Of a stretch of DNA of 64,000 bases, positions 61,784-64,000 are shown piece after piece. A model generated the notes under the pieces. The model was not told the DNA's origin. It ran no database searches and saw only the letters and a list, made by a program, of their open reading frames with translations. Source of the stretch: Oikopleura dioica (Eukaryota > Animalia > Chordata). The stretch is from positions 9,176,001-9,240,000 of the forward strand of contig OU015567.1 in assembly GCA_907165135.1 (NCBI GenBank), read 5' to 3'. The number at the start of each line of letters is the position of its first letter. The stretch's first letter is position 1. A program made the position numbers and the translations under genes.

Positions 61784-62890
61784 TTAGAACATCTTCTTGA
61801 GAAATCGTCGGTCAAGTGGCTGTGAAATTTTGAGGCAAGCAGCGGTAGAGCTTGCATCAAAGTTGATCTTGAATGGCCGGGAAATATGATGTTGATTCTC
61901 CCAATACCGATTGGAGACTAACAAATTGATAATATTAATATTAAATATGGGTAAACCTTTGAAGCATATTTCTTTGACGACATCTTCATTTGTCCAAGGA
62001 ATTTCTCCACGTTTGAGTTTTGCCCTGATCACAAACGGATTTTCACCGTAGATTTGAGTAAATGGAGCTGGGATTGTCAGCATTTCAGAAACATATCGAG
62101 CTTGTCCGATTAACTCGATTCTAACAACTGGACAGGTTACATTTCTAAGAGAGTCGGGTAAAGTGAAAATATTCATATTCTCGACCCATGTCGGTGCACC
62201 ACAGTCGATAAGCTCCACTAAAGTTTCGATATAATTTGAAATGGTACTATCTTTATTTATTAACCTTTTGATGAGTCTTCTTCTCGTTTTAGGACTAGCG
62301 CTCTGTAGTACAAAAATGCACCACCGGTAATTTTATTTGTCCTGACCAAGACGAGCTTCCTTTCGGTGTCTATTTCAAGCTCTTCGTCGATAATTTTGTC
62401 TTGGATGCTTTCGTGAAATTGCGCTTGCGAGATGAACTGACTCCTCTCACCAGTAAGATGTCGAAGGACGAAAACAGACATCATCTGACGTGATTGAACG
62501 TGCGTTATTTGGATGATTGTCGACCCTTGAAGAATCCTTGTTTCCAGCGTCGGCACAGCTTTTCTTATGTCGCTTGATTTCTTGTGGAATTCTAGAGCTG
62601 ACATTAGATCTGTCGAGTCCAGACTGTGACTGAGGGACTCAAAGATGAGCCAAGGTGAGTCCTTCGTGATCTCTTTTTTTAGATTTATGAATTTAGCTGG
62701 TATGGTCTCTCGAATTCTCATAGTGAAATTTTTGTGCGTTGAGCACATTTTTCCGAATTTTTATGCATGAAAGAATAGCGACATCACGCGGATCTGATGG
62801 ATACAAATTTTCGTGAAATATATTGGGCTTGATGCACAAGAGTTGAAAAATTTTCCATCCAAATCGACAATCATCAATTCTTCTCATGAG
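61784..62890 (-). CDS. Uncharacterised multi-exon protein
   Basis: Consecutive ORFs 62693-62887, 62260-62748 and 61784-62218 are separated by intron-like gaps (GT donor at 62264). No recognisable domain. Confidence 0.45.
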
Positions 62891-63668
62891 CGAGCCTCAT
62901 GTTCCAAGACTGATCAACATGAAATTAGAGAGTAGAGACCTTTGATCATCCACGGTCAAGATTTCGAAGCCGTGGATTTCATGGCTTTGCTTGTTAATCT
63001 TCGCCCCGAGCGAAAATTTTCAAGTAATCGGTCTTAACATTTTGACAAGAAACCGCTTCTTGAGACTTGGACTCATTGGAAAGGCTTATTTACTGTTGAT
63101 TTAAAACACAGCATCAAAATAAATCGAATGAATATCATAACGTACCCCCCCCCTAGCTCGCTCACATTTTGTGAACATTTTTCCCTTTTTCGCTTAGTTA
63201 AACTCCAACAAGACCCCCCCTTGGTCGCTCGCTTTTTGTTACCAAGATCCGTTGGTCGCTTTCCTTCTTTTGCATTCTACGACCCCTTGTTCGCCCTCCT
63301 TGGTTTCGACGGCGCACCTTTGCTCGCCCGCCTTTCTCCGTCATTTATCCCTTGTTCGCTCCTGAAGCCCCGCGAGAACGCTTTATAACGCGTAGCTCAT
63401 TTTCTTTTTCACTTTTAAAAGGCTTTTTAACTCGTAGAATGGTCTCAAAATTCGATTTTCATGATTTTTTCCAAGCAAACTTATTTTTTTATGCTCTTTC
63501 ACGTCCATTTTGACAAATTTTCATATCTTCTTAATAAGAAGAAATTTGGACACTCCATTTTAAGTAAACATAAGTACTCGAAATACATGGATTGAAACTT
63601 TGAGACTGTTTTTATAAAAAATCAAATGCCATTTTCCTCGAGAGTTGCAAATTTTGATTAATTTTTCC

Positions 63669-64000
63669 GAGCTGAGCTGAGCTGAGCTGACCTGCGAAAA
63701 ATTTTTCTGAGCTGAGCTGAGCTGAGCTGGCCTACTTCGGAGGTTTCTGAGCTGAGCTGAGCTGAGCTGGCCTTTTCAGAGGTCATTGAGCTGAGCTGAG
63801 CTGAGCAGACCTTTTGTTTAAGAGAGTTGAGCTGAGCTGAGCTGAGCGGACCCTAATTAGAGCTGAGCTGAGCTGCTTTTTACTGTTTTTGGTAGTAAAA
63901 TTGTATTCAAATCATTGAGCTGAGCTGAGCTTAGCTAAGTGATAATCGTCTGAGCTGAGCTGAGCAGAACAGATCATGTTCGAAAATAATGGAGCTGAGC
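63669..64000. repeat. Clustered (GAGCT)n pentamer array, probably the subterminal region of another TIR transposon running out of the window
   Basis: About 8 blocks of 2-4 GAGCT units separated by roughly 15-40 bp spacers, the same architecture as the TCGA arrays of the 2-3695 element. Confidence 0.75.

Noticed and set aside
63669-64000. Immunoglobulin switch-region (GAGCT) or CRISPR-like array
   Set aside because: No GGGGT units or Ig constant genes, the genome is invertebrate-like, and the repeats and spacers are irregular with no cas genes.

Overview
Eukaryotic, gene-dense DNA with many 30-80 nt introns, several of which have non-GT (GA/GC/GG) donors. This is most consistent with the larvacean tunicate Oikopleura dioica (inference from gene architecture; no database search was run). 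The window opens with a complete 3.7-kb hAT-type DNA transposon: perfect 14-bp TIRs, TCGA-pentamer subterminal arrays, a probable 8-bp TSD, and an apparently intact BED-finger/DDE transposase split by about 8 introns. It appears to interrupt an Ig-domain gene. Other genes are two convergent striated-type myosin heavy chains, an ADAMTS2/3/14-like metalloprotease, a mucin-EGF-ZP protein, a CUB-mucin-TM receptor, an RFWD3-type RING protein, three orphan secreted Cys-rich proteins (one made of three MACPF-accessory-like repeats), tRNA-Ala(AGC), a HIG1-family protein, GNS sulfatase, a divergent CK1 kinase, a claudin and a GPI-anchored PLAC/ShK-like protein. Near the right end are a TTAA-flanked MITE and a (GAGCT)n array. 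Exon boundaries were read by eye, so multi-exon CDS spans are approximate where stated.
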